From Octopus bimaculoides (lineage: Eukaryota): a stretch of DNA of 64,000 nt. The stretch spans positions 108,744,044 to 108,808,043 of the forward strand of contig NC_068984.1 of the NCBI RefSeq assembly GCF_001194135.2, read 5' to 3'. Positions 52,281-64,000 of this stretch are shown piece after piece; positions within the stretch are counted from its first letter, which is position 1, and the number at the start of each line of letters is the position of its first letter. The notes under the pieces are model-generated. The model did not search any database and had not been told where the DNA came from. It worked only from the letters and a program-made list of their open reading frames with translations. Made by a program: the position numbers and the translations under genes.

Positions 52281-52290
<10 letters not shown>
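52088..52290 (+). mobile_element. Family D copy 2, headless, in (AAT)n, preceded by an inverted head/tail fragment
   Basis: 52133-52285 aligns to 13930-14080; 52088-52113 is the reverse complement of TATGGCGTAGTGGTTAAATATAGAAC. Confidence 0.75.
52187..52232 (+). ncRNA. Minimal type-I hammerhead ribozyme motif (family D copy 2)
   Basis: gacac-CTGAAGA-A-GGCTG-gagggtatat-CAGCC-GAAAC-ATT-gtgtt; canonical CUGANGA core, G16.2 changed to A (CpG-decay-like). Confidence 0.65.
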
Positions 52291-52341
<51 letters not shown>

Positions 52342-52343
<2 letters not shown>

Positions 52344-53220
52344 TTTTCTGGTATGAACATCATCCTGAGCCAGTCGTTGAAGGTAAAAATGTCATTATTC
52401 TCTGGGATTTTCCAGTCAACACTGACAGAACGGTCCAGGCTAATTTACCAGACATAATTATTAAAGACAGGGAAGAAAATACTTGTAGATTAATAGATGT
52501 AAGTGTTCCCACTGATAAAAATATATCTGTAAAGGAATTTGACAAACTAAGTAAAAAGTAAGGACTGTTTCTGTTATTGTAGGCACCCTAGGTATGATAG
52601 NNNNNNNNNNNNNNNNNNNNNNNNNNNNNNNNNNNNNNNNNNNNNNNNNNNNNNNNNNNNNNNNNNNNNNNNNNNNNNNNNNNNNNNNNNNNNNNNNNNN
52701 NNNNNNNNNNNNNNNNNNNNNNNNNNNNNNNNNNNNNNNNNNNNNNNNNNNNNNNNNNNNNNNNNNNNNNNNNNNNNNNNNNNNNNNNNNNTACCAGACA
52801 TAATTATTAAAGACAGGGAAGAAAATACTTGTAGATTAATAGATGTAAGTGTTCCCACTGATAAAAATATATCTGTAAAGGAATTTGACAAACTAAGTAA
52901 AAAGTAAGGACTGTTTCTGTTATTGTAGGCACCCTAGGTATGATAGAAAAAAAAAAGGGATGTCAGAAACATCTAGATAAGATCCCAGGTGAACCATGTC
53001 TCAGAGAAATCCAAAAGATTGTACTGACAAGTACTGCCGACATCCTTAGAAAAATCCGATCTATTTAAATGTCTGTGTTGTATTATATGAAGATATTTAG
53101 CTACTTTCCCCTCCCCAAGCTTTCAGTCATACTGTAACATCTCTTACCCTTCACTCGCCCCAGGACACTGGGTGTGTCTCGGCAAGTGAGTGTAACAAAC
53201 ATGCAGATTAAAAGTAAATA
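52342..53220 (+). mobile_element. 5'-truncated R4/Dong-clade LINE 3' end with RLE domain and 3' UTR
   Basis: ILWDFPVNTDRTVQANLPDIIIKD...LIDVSVPTDKN (PD..D-type RLE), ...REIQKIVLTSTADILRKIRSI* ending near 53068; (AAT)n on both sides. Confidence 0.85.
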
Positions 53221-53239
53221 ATAATAATAATAATAGTAA

Positions 53240-53452
53240 TCCTTTTTACTATAGGCACAAGGCCTGACATTTAGGAGAGGTGGAATAATCGATTATATTG
53301 ACCCCAGTGCTCAACTTGTACTTAATTTATGGATTCCGAAAGGATGAAAGGCAAAGTCGACCTCGGCGGAATTTGAACTCAGAACGTAGCGACAGACGAA
53401 ATACCGAAAAGCATTTCGCCTAGCGTGCTAACGATTCCGCCAGCTCACCGCT
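53240..53452 (-). mobile_element. SINE B full-length
   Basis: Reverse match with an (AAT)n tail. Confidence 0.85.
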
Positions 53453-53454
53453 TT

Positions 53455-53851
53455 ATACTCTCTTTACTCTCTTTTACTTGTTTCAGTCATTTGACTGCGG
53501 CCATGCTGGAGCACCGCCTTTAGTCGAGCAAATCGACCCCGGGACTTATTCTTTGTAAGCCTAGTACTTATTCTATCGGTCTCTGTTGCCGAACCGCTAA
53601 GTGACGGGGACATAAACACACCAGCATCGGTTGTCAAGCAATGCTAGGGGGACAAATACAGACACACAAACACACACATGTACATATACATATATACGAC
53701 GGGCTTCTTTCAGTTTCCGTCTACCAAATCCACTCACAAGGCTTTGGTTGGCTCGAGGCTATAGTAGAAGACACTTGCCAAGGTGTCACGCTGTGAGACT
53801 GAACCTGGAACCATGTGGTAAGCAAGCTACTTACAACACAGCCACTCCTGC
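53455..53851 (-). mobile_element. SINE A full-length
   Basis: Reverse match, very similar to 51127-51515. Confidence 0.9.
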
Positions 53852-53875
53852 TTTATAATGATAATAATGATAATA

Positions 53876-53915
<40 letters not shown>

Positions 53916-54109
53916 GGATGATGATAATAATTTCTTTTATGTGCCACCGGGGCGAGCTGAGGGGGGCAATATAAAGATGAACATAAAGTTTGGAGATTTA
54001 CAAAAAATGTAATGATAGAAGGAAAAATATACATACTATGAAATATTAACAAAAAAAAAACGTGGTATACATGGTATACATTAAATAATAAAAGAAAGGT
54101 GATAATGAT

Positions 54110-54410
54110 GTGATCCTCCTGATACAGGAAGACCTCTACGGTCGATCGAGGAATCCCCACTATCGAAGACCACCTTGAACATCAAGGGTAAGTGTCCTCT
54201 CCAATTCCTGTTCTCCGACTCACAGGTTTATACTTACAGTTGCACCCCCCCTCTTACCATTTTTGCCGCTTTCACTCACCTTTTCGATAAATTCATTCGA
54301 AGATAGCACCTTCCTATCCACCCTCACTTTCTTTTCAAATGAAACTTGAAAAAGTCGATGAGGGCTCTACCAAAAAGGAATGTCTCTGTCCTAATATTTT
54401 TCAGCCTCGT
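54110..54410 (-). mobile_element. Possible Tx1/L1-type LINE 3' end
   Basis: TETFLFGRALIDFFKFHLKRK / VRVDRKVLSSNEFIEK across a frameshift; resemblance judged from memory. Confidence 0.3.
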
Positions 54411-55556
54411 CCACCAGCCAACAACAACAATAGTAAACGTAGTAATAGTAGTAGTTGTAGTAGTAGTAATAATAATACTAATACTACTAATAATAATGAT
54501 AATAATTTTAGATTTTGTTTATATGCCAATCACTACAACTTTCTACCTGATATACTTTCAACCTGATCGTTTCTGTTTGGTGAAATGAAACTTTCTTTAA
54601 CGTACTTTCTATAATCTAGTTGGGGAAAATTTCTTTTGCATTCTGTCACAAGGTGCACTCAACGAAAGTATGCAATAATCTGCACATTGTATCTTCTCCG
54701 TCAGCAACTGATGGTATGCGGCTGAAAATGTTAACCGTATAGGTTTCTTTTGAAAAATCTTCTTCATACAGTTTTGGAAAGCATTCTTCAGAATAATGTA
54801 CATTTATTTCTGTTTCTCGGGAGTCGGAGCTTCTTACGAATTTTAAAGCCAGTTAAATTACATTTCATTGTCAGATTTCGATGTCTTATAGATAGATTCT
54901 TCGGTCCAGATATCGAATCTGACCTTTTTGACTGGCCAACCCTAGCATATTGCTTATAAAGTTCTTTTGCAATTTCCAAACAAAAATAAAATGAATGAAC
55001 GTAACATACACACAAACACATATACGAACACACTCAAACACATAGGAACACACATATACAAACACACACACTTATACGAACTCACATATATACGAATACA
55101 CATGCACACACACACACACATATATACACAAGCACACACATATATATTTATATATACAAAAATGTCATACTGTGACAATTGAAATGTAAAGTAAATTAGA
55201 CTTTTGTTAAGATATGAAATTATCTAATACTGCTTATTGCCAGTGCAATGCTTAATACGAAGAACTGTATTAATATAGTGAATCCAAAACCTTATGTATT
55301 TCGTAGTGACTGTGTGGTCACCGCCGCCATCACCGCCACCACCGCCGCCACCTCCTAATGAAATAGAAGAGGCAATTTATTTGAAGTAGTCTCACGTATA
55401 TGAACGTAGTATGATCTGAAAATAGATTTTTGTATGGTTTAACTAGATTTTCTTTTAAATATACGCCTATTAGTATTATTAGTATGGCAATAGTATGTAC
55501 ACCCACACTCACATATATATGCGTATATGTGTGTAAGTGTGCGTGCGTGTATATAT

Positions 55557-55611
<55 letters not shown>

Positions 55612-55697
55612 CATTATATGCACACACACATATAATGTATATGCATATATATATATATATATATGTATGTATAGATATATATATGTATGTGTGTGCA

Positions 55698-55753
<56 letters not shown>

Positions 55754-55800
55754 GATCGATCTATGTGCATATATAAGATGTGGTGGACTCAGTTGAGTGC

Positions 55801-55852
55801 CTGAGTAACATCTAACAGCTTCATCAGGATGAAACTGTAAGGTGTTACTCAG
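55801..55852. other. 25-bp near-perfect inverted repeat
   Basis: 22 Watson-Crick pairs, 1 G-U, 2 mismatches, 2-nt loop (counted by hand). Confidence 0.85.
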
Positions 55853-56147
55853 TAGACTCGATTTTTGTCTGTCTCTCTTTTCCCTCTCGTTTCGACAACA
55901 CTGGCTAAGTTCATCCGGATCTGAAAGTGAACCACTGTTGCTAACATTTCTGGAACTGGTTGTCATTGATATGTGATTCAGCCACCGAACGAAGAGTTCA
56001 CAGATAAGCCCCTATAATTCATATTGAAGGACTATTCATACTTACAATATCAATAGTTTTTAACATCAAAGTCGAAAAGATATTTTGTAAGCATTAGATA
56101 GTGCAGAATAATTTGGATCTCCTGTTTGAAATAATCGAAGTAACTCA

Positions 56148-56355
56148 TACAGTCGTGGCCAAAAGTCTGAAAATTAGAATTTTTATATTAAATACCCAAA
56201 GTTATATTTGATTTGCTATAAGTATATTATTACCTGGCCCAAAGCATGGAACATAGGCCTGAAAATTAGAATTTTTATATTAAATACCCAAAGTTATATT
56301 TAATTTGCAATATGTTATTACTTGGCCAAAAGTTTGGAAGATAGGTCTGAAAATT
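56148..56355 (+). mobile_element. Tc1-like TIR followed by a 92-bp direct repeat
   Basis: TA-CAGTCGTGGCCAAAAGT; CTGAAAATTAGAATTTTTATATTAAATACCCAAAGTTATATTT at 56167 and 56259. Confidence 0.55.
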
Positions 56356-56514
56356 TTTTCTTCTACATATTCAACCATTGGATTAGTTATTAAGTAAGTA
56401 TGTTTCTACGTTGTATATATTTGAATCTAATCGTACTTGGGCATAACAACTTTTATTTTAAAAAAATGTTCCGAACATTTGTCTACAACTGTATATTTTT
56501 CTTTTCTACCCGAA

Positions 56515-56990
56515 ATGTTTGGGGAGGGGGCCAGTCGATTAGATCGAGCCCCAGTACGTCACTGGTGCTTAGTTTATCGACCCCTGAAAGGATGAAAGGC
56601 AAAGTCGACCTCGGCGGAATTTGAACTCAGAACATAAAGACAGATGAAATACCGTTAAGCATTTCGCCCGGCGTGCTAACGTTTCTTATGTCTTTATTGC
56701 TCACAAGGGGCTAAACATAGAGGGGACAAACAAGGACAGACAAAGGGATTAAGTCGATTACATCAATCCCAGTGCGTAACTAGTACTTAATTTATTGACC
56801 CCGAAATAATGAAAGGCTAAGTCGACCTCGGCGGAATTTGAACTCAGAAAGTAACGGCAGACGAAATACCGCTTAGCATTGCGCCCGGCGTGCTAACGTT
56901 TCTTATTTCTTTACTACCCACAAGGGGCTAAACACAGAGGGGACAAACAAGGACAGACAAAGGGATTAAGTCGATTATATCGACCCCACT
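56515..56990 (-). mobile_element. SINE B head-to-tail multimer, 217-bp period
   Basis: GCGTGCTAAC at 56671 and 56888. Confidence 0.85.
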
Positions 56991-57950
56991 GCACCTCACA
57001 CATAATAATCGAAGGGGTTGCAGTCTGGGGAGTTAAATGGCTAGGTTTGGGAGTGATGTGGTCGCAGAAATTGTCTGACAGCTATGATCGGGTTCTCCTG
57101 CTTGTGTGGTATGGTGCAGAGTCCTGTTGCCAGACACAGGGTCTTCCAGCAGCCACCGTCTTGACCCAGATCAACACTACCCCCTTCAGGCACTTGATGT
57201 AGGTCTCCGTATTGAGTGTGAGGGTAAGATGAATGGAGGCATATCATCACCATCACTAGTGATCACTCTAAACACCTTGGTGTTGACTGGATGTTTGATT
57301 TTTATCACTCTCGGTACACGGCAAGCCAACAGTTGTTCTGAGTGTTCACTACCTGATCCTGGTAGAAATTTTTCTTGTCTGAGAAAAACCAAAGCATGTT
57401 CGGTTGGAGGGGATGCTTGAGTTTGTTCAAAAGCTTCGTAGTGCGGTCATACCTCTTGTCCTTGATGGCTTGGGATAAAAATTGGCCCTTTCTCATTTTG
57501 TATGAAGAATACTGAATGTCTTCAGGCACTACCTGCCTGACGAAAAATTCAGACATTCCATATCCTTGGCGATGGACCTGATTGATTTGGAGGGATCGTT
57601 GTCAATCATTGACTGGATCTCACCAACAAATTCAGAAGTTCTTTTCTCATCAGAACGACCAGAGTGAGTTTTCCGAGCTGCCGTACCTTCGTAATCACTA
57701 TTAGACTCAACCAACTCTTTCCGAATCCTCTGCATTGTCCTCAGATTGACACCCAAACACTCTGATATGTTCGTATTGGAGCTTCCGGCGCAAATGTCAA
57801 GCAGTACAGCATATCGTTTCCAAATTTCTGGCAGAGTGAATTGCGTCATGGTACCTAACTGACGATACTACACTGTTCAGTCAACAAAATCAAAAATAAA
57901 CAATGCGCATGCGCGAAATTAAAAATATAATATTTACCCATCACGCCCTG
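56988..57950 (-). mobile_element. Degenerate DD37D (maT-type) Tc1/mariner transposon, 3'-truncated
   Basis: Frameshifted ORF from ATG 57849: HTH-like N-terminus, WFFSDKKNF, QQDSAPYHT, NSPDCNPFDYY; about 37 residues from the QQD Asp to the PFD Asp; terminus TA-CAGGGCGTGATGGG at 57952-57937. Confidence 0.85.
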
Positions 57951-57996
57951 TATATATATATATGTGCGTGTGCGCGTGCGCAGATATTTATTTATT

Positions 57997-58383
57997 TATC
58001 TTTTGTTTGTTTCACTCATTTGACTACAGCCATGCTGGGGCACCACCTTGAAGGACTTTTAGTCGAATCTATTAACCCCAGTACTTATTTTCTTAAAGCC
58101 TGGTACTTATTATAGGGGTCTATTTTTGCCGAACTGCTAAGTTACCGGTTCATAAACACACCAACACTGGTTGTCAAATGGTGGTAGGGGACAAACACAC
58201 ACACACGCACACATACACACACACACACATATATAACGGGCTTCTTTCAGTTTCCATCACGAAAATTCACTTACAAGGCTTTGGTCAGCTCGAGACTGAA
58301 ACAGACGACACTCGCCCAAGATGTCACGTAGCCGGATTGAAACCGGAAGAATGTGGTTGGGAAACAAACTTCTTACCACACAA

Positions 58384-58385
<2 letters not shown>
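57997..58385 (-). mobile_element. SINE A, older copy
   Basis: Diverged reverse match. Confidence 0.8.
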
Positions 58386-58448
<63 letters not shown>

Positions 58449-58754
58449 TTTATACACATACACATATGCAGACATGGATGCATGTACATACACACACAAG
58501 CATTATATATATATATGCATGCATATGTATTTACGAACATATATATATGCATATATATGTATGTATGTATGTGTGTGTATACATATATATATGCATATAT
58601 ATATATGTATATGTATATATATATGCATATATATATGTATATGTATATGTATATATATATATGCATATATATATGTATATGTATATGTATATACATACAT
58701 GCANNNNNNNNNNNNNNNNNNNNNNNNNNNNNNNNNNNNNNNNNNNNNNNNNNN

Positions 58755-58811
<57 letters not shown>

Positions 58812-59572
58812 AAGACACACATGTATATACATACATGGGGTTTAAAAAAAGAACAACAATAAGCAAATGAAAACACAGTAATCTAAAATATAAACTTATG
58901 TATGTAGGTAAGGTTCGTGACTTAATGACAAATTAGAACGTGGACGGGTGATTGACTTACTCAGACATTCAATAATAAAAAGGCTTGTTGTTGCTGTTGT
59001 TGTGATGGCTGTTTCTTCTTTATCGATGACTTACAAATACACTGACTGATCCACTTTCTTTCATCAATAGAAACCTTCCGTTTCGTTTTCGTCTTATATT
59101 GTTATTTTTTTTTCGTTTTTGGTTTTTGTTTACTTCACTTTCTTTCCATTTGCTGGAAGCAATTGGATGAAGATGACGAGGGGAGATGATGACAAAGAAG
59201 ACGATGTAACACACTTTATAAATACGCATGGCAATAAATAAATAAATGAAGAATAGATGAATAAATAAATGAATAAATGATTAATAAATGAAATAAAAAT
59301 AAAGAAAGCCATACAAACAACAGTAACAACAATAATTACGAGTAACAAATAACAGAAACGACACGCCTGATTCTACATTAATGAGTAAGTTAAGAAAAAA
59401 ACAACAAAAAAAAACAAAAATGAAACCAAACAAAATGGCGTAAACAAGCAAACAAATAAAAAGAACGAAAAAAAAACAACAGATATGTTTGTTGAAGACA
59501 AAAAACAACAACAATAATAATAGCAACAACAACAGTCACAGCAACGATGATGAGGATGATGGTGATGATATT

Positions 59573-59645
<73 letters not shown>

Positions 59646-60127
59646 GTAATCTCAATACCAGCAACAGTAAAAACAACGGTAGAAAACGCGAAGCTCTTCC
59701 TCGTCGTAAAAAATAAACTATTTGAGCAGGAGAGTGAAGGTTTTAGAATTTGTATTACATCGGTTTGTTACCTTGCTTTTGTCATACACACACACAGACG
59801 CGCGCGAGCGAGTGTTCAAGAATATACGTACGCACATGCGTTCAAGAACACGCACAGACATACATAATATACACACTACCTTCACATACATCTATCCACC
59901 CCCACGCACAAAAAGACAAGCACATGCGCTCACACTCACATCCACATATACACCCATATGTACACACACCCATACTCACGCACATATATGTATACATACA
60001 TTCACTACTCGTCTTACACATGTATGCACAAACATATACAGTCATACACACACACGCACACACATACACACACACGTTTCCTCTTCTCGTCCAACGCATG
60101 CTCACACACATACTTATAAACTCACAC

Positions 60128-60188
<61 letters not shown>

Positions 60189-60205
60189 CTTATCTATCTA
60201 TCTAC

Positions 60206-60264
<59 letters not shown>

Positions 60265-60280
60265 CATTTTATATATATAT

Positions 60281-60464
60281 AAGGCGCAGGAGTGGCTGTG
60301 TGGTAAGTAGCTTGCTTACCAACCACATGGTTCCGGGTTCAGTCCCACTGCATGGCACCTTGGGCAAGTGTCTTCTACTATAGCCTCGGGTTGACCAAAG
60401 CCTTGTGAGTGGATTTGGTAGACGGAAACTGAAAGAAGCCCGTCGTATATATGTATATATATAC
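60281..60464 (+). mobile_element. SINE A 5' half, running into a gap
   Basis: GGCGCAGGAGTGGCTGTGTGGTAAG head. Confidence 0.9.
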
Positions 60465-60839
60465 NNNNNNNNNNNNNNNNNNNNNNNNNNNNNNNNNNNN
60501 NNNNNNNNNNNNNNNNNNNNNNNNNNNNNNNNNNNNNNNNNNNNNNNNNNNNNNNNNNNNNNNNNNNNNNNNNNNNNNNNNNNNNNNNNNNNNNNNNNNN
60601 NNNNNNNNNNNNNNNNNNNNNNNNNNNNNNNNNNNNNNNNNNNNNNNNNNNNNNNNNNNNNNNNNNNNNNNNNNNNNNNNNNNNNNNNNNNNNNNNNNNN
60701 NNNNNNNNNNNNNNNNNNNNNNNNNNNNNNNNNNNNNNNNNNNNNNNNNNNNNNNNNNNNNNNNNNNNNNNNNNNNNNNNNNNNNNNNNNNNNNNNNNNN
60801 NNNNNNNNNNNNNNNNNNNNNNNNNNNNNNNNNNNNNNN

Positions 60840-60877
<38 letters not shown>

Positions 60878-61857
60878 TCTAGAACAGTCCTTACACAGAC
60901 CCATACACATCTACCCCTAAACATACATACACATACATGCACGCACCCCCCACACATATACACACATACACGCACTTTTTCTGTCTCATTCTCACACATA
61001 TTTTGTCCAATTCTGTCTCAAATACACACATGCATAGACACAAAACATACATATACTCACACAGCCACTCACTCACGCGCATATCGTTTTCCCTCTCCCT
61101 CCTTTGCATGCACACACAAACCTATACATGCACGCACATACACACTCATGCACACACAGTCTGTCACACATATACGCACACGTACGTTGACTCAAACATA
61201 CATACCTTACAATCTTTCCTACACCCTTAGTCACTCAGTCCCTGTAGTCACACATACACACATAGACACACACACATGCATACACACACATACACACACA
61301 CACCTATACATACTCGTAGATGCACACACACACACACACACAGAGTCACACATACAATCATACATTCATAAAACTGCACATACATACACACAGCACTAAA
61401 ACACTTATACATATAGAATTAGCCACACGAAAACAGCCACACATACATACGTGCATTCGTATACACATACATGCACGCACATACTTATATTCATACAAAC
61501 ATACACACACACATATAAGCACACATGCATGCATTCATATAAACATACATACACATGTTCATATATACACATATATACACACATACATATATTCATATAT
61601 TCATATACACATACACACATACAAATGCATATATTCATACATTCATATACACATGCATACACACACGCTTATGTGCACTCATATATTCATATACACATGT
61701 ATGCACGCACACATGTATTCATATACATATACATACAGACATAGAGGCTCATACACTCACTGATACACATATAAAATATTCACTCATTCCTCCCTGTCTC
61801 TCCTTATATTCTAAATATTAAACATGTTTATCCAAAGACCCATTCTTTGATAGCTCT

Positions 61858-62645
61858 CAAGGCGGCGAGCTGGCAGAAACGTTAGCACGCCGGGCGAAAT
61901 GCTTAGCGGTATTTCGTCTGCCGTTACGTTCTGAGTTCAAATTCCGCCGAGGTCAGTTTTGCTTTCCATCCTTTCGGGGTCGATAAACTAAGTACCAGTT
62001 ACGCTCTGGGGTCGATGTAATCGACTTAACCCCTTTGTCTGTCCTTGTTTGTCCCCTCTATTTTCAGCCCCTTGTGGGCAATAAAGAGATAAGAAACGTT
62101 AGCGCGCCGGGCGAAATTNNNNNNNNNNNNNNNNNNNNNNNNNNNNNNNNNNNNNNNNNNNNNNNNNNNNNNNNNNNNNNNNNNNNNNNNNNNNNNNNNN
62201 NNNNNNNNNNNNNNNNNNNNNNNNNNNNNNNNNNNNNNNNNNNNNNNNNNNNNNNNNNNNNNNNNNNNNNNNNNNNNNNNNNNNNNNNNNNNNNNNNNNN
62301 NNNNNNNNNNNNNNNNNNNNNNNNNNNNNNNNNNNNNNNNNNNNNNNNNNNNNNNNNNNNNNNNNNAGCTGGCAGAAACGTTAGCACGCCGGGCGAAATG
62401 CTTAGCGGTATTTCGTCTGTCTTTAAGTTCTGAGTTCAAATTCTGCCGAGGTCAATTTTGCTTTCCATCCTTTTGGGGGTCGATAAACTAAATACCAGTT
62501 GCGTACTGGAGTCGCTGTAATCGACTTAATCTCTTTTTTTGTCCTTGTTTGTCCCCTCTATAAAGAGTTGCGTACTGGGGTCGATCTAATCGACTGGCCC
62601 CCTCCCCCAAAATTTTGGGCTTTGTGCCAAGAGTAGAAAAGATTC
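61858..62645 (+). mobile_element. SINE B multimer, 217-bp period, with gap
   Basis: GAAACGTTAGC at 61876 and 62093; further copies from 62367. Confidence 0.85.
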
Positions 62646-62779
62646 TTTAATATCTCTCTTCCACTCTCATTCTCTCTTACTTTTTATCTCTCTTCTCGTC
62701 TCTTACTCTTACTCTCCCCTCTCTTTCTCTCTTTCTCCCACCACCCACCCACTTTCTGTCTGTCTGTCTGTCTCTTTAT

Positions 62780-63470
62780 TTAATCTCTCCCTTCTCCGTC
62801 TCACAACTTAATTCTTTCTCTATCTCTTACTATCAGTGGTCTTTGTTCCCACCTCTATCCAAAGTGTACCTCACCTCTCTCGCTATTTAAGGCCGTCTCT
62901 CTCCGTCTCTCTTACTATCTAAGTCATTAATATCCACCCTATTTGTTTCTCCCCCTATCTAAAAGCTACCCTGCCCTCCGTCTCTCTCACTTGCTAATTC
63001 TGCTCTCTCCGTCACTAATAAAACTCCTGCCTGTCCCTATCCTTATTTAAAGCAGCCCCTCTTCCTGTCTCTCTCTCATTACTTAAGCCATCCTTCTCTC
63101 CCAGTCACTCAATAAAGCCCCCTTTCTCTATCTCTCCTATGACATGTCTTCAAACAAGGTCCCCTTTCTCAGACTCTCTCCCAATCTAAATCCTCTTTTT
63201 CTTACTCTCAATAAAGACCCTTATTTCCATCTCTCTCATTAAAGTTCCCCTCATCCCGTCTCCCTTAATTCCTAAAACTCTCTCCCTACACCTCTTTCTC
63301 TATCCAATGTGCCTTCTCTCCATCTCTCTCATTAAATTTCTTTCTTTCCGTTTTTTTGCCAATCTAAAACCTCTCTCCGTCTCTCACAATCTAAAGAAGC
63401 TCTCGCCGTCTCTCTCAGTATTTAGGCCCTTCTCATTGATCCCCTCATTAAAGATTCCTCATCCATGATG
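62780..63470 (+). repeat. Degenerate about 28-35 bp minisatellite
   Basis: Recurring TAAAG/TAAAA + CT-rich + CCGTCTCTCTCA units. Confidence 0.6.
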
Positions 63471-63711
63471 ATGATGATGATGATCATTATCATCATCATC
63501 TCTCTGTCTCTCTCTCTTTCGCCATCATTACGAGTTTTCACAATCTTTCGCGCTGTTTCTAAATTTTCACCGTTTACACCTTTCATTAACTACTCCTTTT
63601 CCACCCAACTCGAGATCTATCTATTCATCCATCTATCTGTCTGTCTGCCTGTCTACCTGTCTGTCTGCCTGTCTATCTGCTTGTCTGTCTGTCTATCTGC
63701 TTGTCTGTCTG

Positions 63712-63786
<75 letters not shown>

Positions 63787-64000
63787 CTTCTCACGGACGT
63801 GCTGTCACATCGGCTGCGAAGGTAAACGTTTATTTGACCTTTTATTGTCCACATTTTGTTGGAATTTTTAAATAATTTTGTTGCGAAGCACCTAGGCTTC
63901 ATTTGTGTGTATTTTCAAGGGCAGGAATTGGCCCCCAGGGGCAGTTTCGGCCCTAGCAAAATACAAAAATTTCCTTCTTGACATTTGAAAAATGTCGAGA

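Noticed and set aside
52445-52945. Duplicated RLE segment (about 52445-52600 vs 52792-52940)
   Set aside because: Identical gap-flanking repeat, probably an assembly artefact.
54600-54960. Short minus-strand open frames with protein-like composition
   Set aside because: No convincing splice pair and no recognisable motif.
55290-55395. GC-rich (CCG/CCA)n patch giving poly-Pro (plus) or poly-Gly (minus) exon candidates
   Set aside because: Splice-like signals occur on both strands with weak donors or an impossibly short 41-nt intron; cannot be distinguished from a trinucleotide repeat.
61876-61890. GAAACGTT in the SINE B head resembling the HHR stem III
   Set aside because: There is no upstream CUGANGA or stem II; it is part of the tRNA-like head.

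Overview
Eukaryotic, AT-rich, repeat-saturated draft-assembly DNA with about 20 N-gaps (about 8 kb), mostly at (TA)n/(CA)n/(GA)n runs. The microsatellite load and the recurring tRNA-headed SINE families point to an octopus genome (inference). Nearly the whole ORF track is artefact from microsatellites and gaps, and there is no complete protein-coding gene. I find: (i) four multi-copy tRNA-derived SINE families, called A, B, C and F here; (ii) decayed autonomous elements, namely a DD37D/maT transposase, other Tc1/mariner pieces, RTE and L1/Tx1-type RT fragments, and two R4/Dong-clade RLE-LINE fragments; (iii) MITE/TIR remnants; (iv) a few low-confidence candidate exons, mostly suggesting a long-intron minus-strand gene. 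The most notable signal is a set of minimal type-I hammerhead-ribozyme (HHR) motifs in two unrelated short repeat families. Family D is a TSD-flanked, tRNA-headed SINE with an HHR in its body. Family E is a microsatellite-anchored repeat whose HHR core has U at the normally invariant A6 in all four HHR-bearing copies, and it includes a tandem pair 295 nt apart. None of this has been tested by search or folding software.
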